The position numbers and the translations under genes were made by a program. Below the pieces are notes generated by a model. It was given only the letters and a program-made list of their open reading frames with translations. It was not told where the DNA came from and made no database searches. A DNA stretch of 64,000 nucleotides from Octopus bimaculoides (Eukaryota), in NCBI RefSeq assembly GCF_001194135.2, contig NC_068982.1, positions 35,024,243-35,088,242 of the forward strand, given 5' to 3'. This document shows, piece after piece, positions 63,279 through 64,000 of the stretch (positions within the stretch are counted from its first letter, which is position 1; each line of letters starts with the position of its first letter).

Positions 63279-63893
63279 NNNNNNNNNNNNNNNNNNNNNN
63301 NNNNNNNNNNNNNNNNNNNNNNNNNNNNNNNNNNNNNNNNNNNNNNNNNNNNNNNNNNNNNNNNNNNNNNNNNNNNNNNNNNNNNNNNNNNNNNNNNNNN
63401 NNNNNNNNNNNNNNNNNNNNNNNNNNNNNNNNNNNNNNNNNNNNNNNNNNNNNNNNNNNNNNNNNNNNNNNNNNNNNNNNNNNNNNNNNNNNNNNNNNNN
63501 NNNNNNNNNNNNNNNNNNNNNNNNNNNNNNNNNNNNNNNNNNNNNNNNNNNNNNNNNNNNNNNNNNNNNNNNNNNNNNNNNNNNNNNNNNNNNNNNNNNN
63601 NNNNNNNNNNNNNNNNNNNNNNNNNNNNNNNNNNNNNNNNNNNNNNNNNNNNNNNNNNNNNNNNNNNNNNNNNNNNNNNNNNNNNNNNNNNNNNNNNNNN
63701 NNNNNNNNNNNNNNNNNNNNNNNNNNNNNNNNNNNNNNNNNNNNNNNNNNNNNNNNNNNNNNNNNNNNNNNNNNNNNNNNNNNNNNNNNNNNNNNNNNNN
63801 NNNNNNNNNNNNNNNNNNNNNNNNNNNNNNNNNNNNNNNNNNNNNNNNNNNNNNNNNNNNNNNNNNNNNNNNNNNNNNNNNNNNNNNNNNNNN
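63279..63893. other. Assembly gap (last of many N runs, most bordered by (TA)n)
   Basis: N runs also at ~8446, 9473, 28716, 29255, 30501, 33724, 41800, 46161, 50217, 52828, 55992, 59174 and 60244; all X-containing ORFs are artefacts. Confidence 0.98.
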
Positions 63894-64000
63894 AGAAGAA
63901 GAAGAAGAAGAAGAAGAAGAAGAAGAAGAAGAAGAAGAAGAAGAAGAAGAAGAAGAAGAAGAAGAAGAAGAACTCTATCCGTACTTGTAAGTACATATGG

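Overview
AT-rich (by eye), repeat-saturated animal genomic DNA with many N gaps, mostly bordered by (TA)n. The SINE families and microsatellite load resemble an octopus/cephalopod draft assembly (inference from memory, not a database hit). No host protein-coding gene can be supported: nearly all ORFs in the track are microsatellite or N-gap read-throughs. The window holds about 30 tRNA-derived SINE pieces in three or more modular families. It also holds decayed CR1/Jockey-group LINEs, two to three L1/Tx1-type ORF1 relics, three Tc1/mariner relics (two with both TIRs and TA flanks), three hAT-type MITEs, Helitron-like ends and a 30-bp minisatellite with higher-order structure. The main unexpected signal is three type I hammerhead ribozyme folds within 9 kb: 24479-24523 (minus), 28625-28698 (plus) and 33226-33277 (plus). 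All have a CUGAAGA core and two share a TAACTA-containing stem II hairpin. The one at 33.2 kb lies between direct repeats 346 bp apart and has an upstream inverted copy of its own core. This suggests a retrozyme/Penelope-related self-cleaving RNA family. All folds were derived by hand and none was tested computationally or experimentally.
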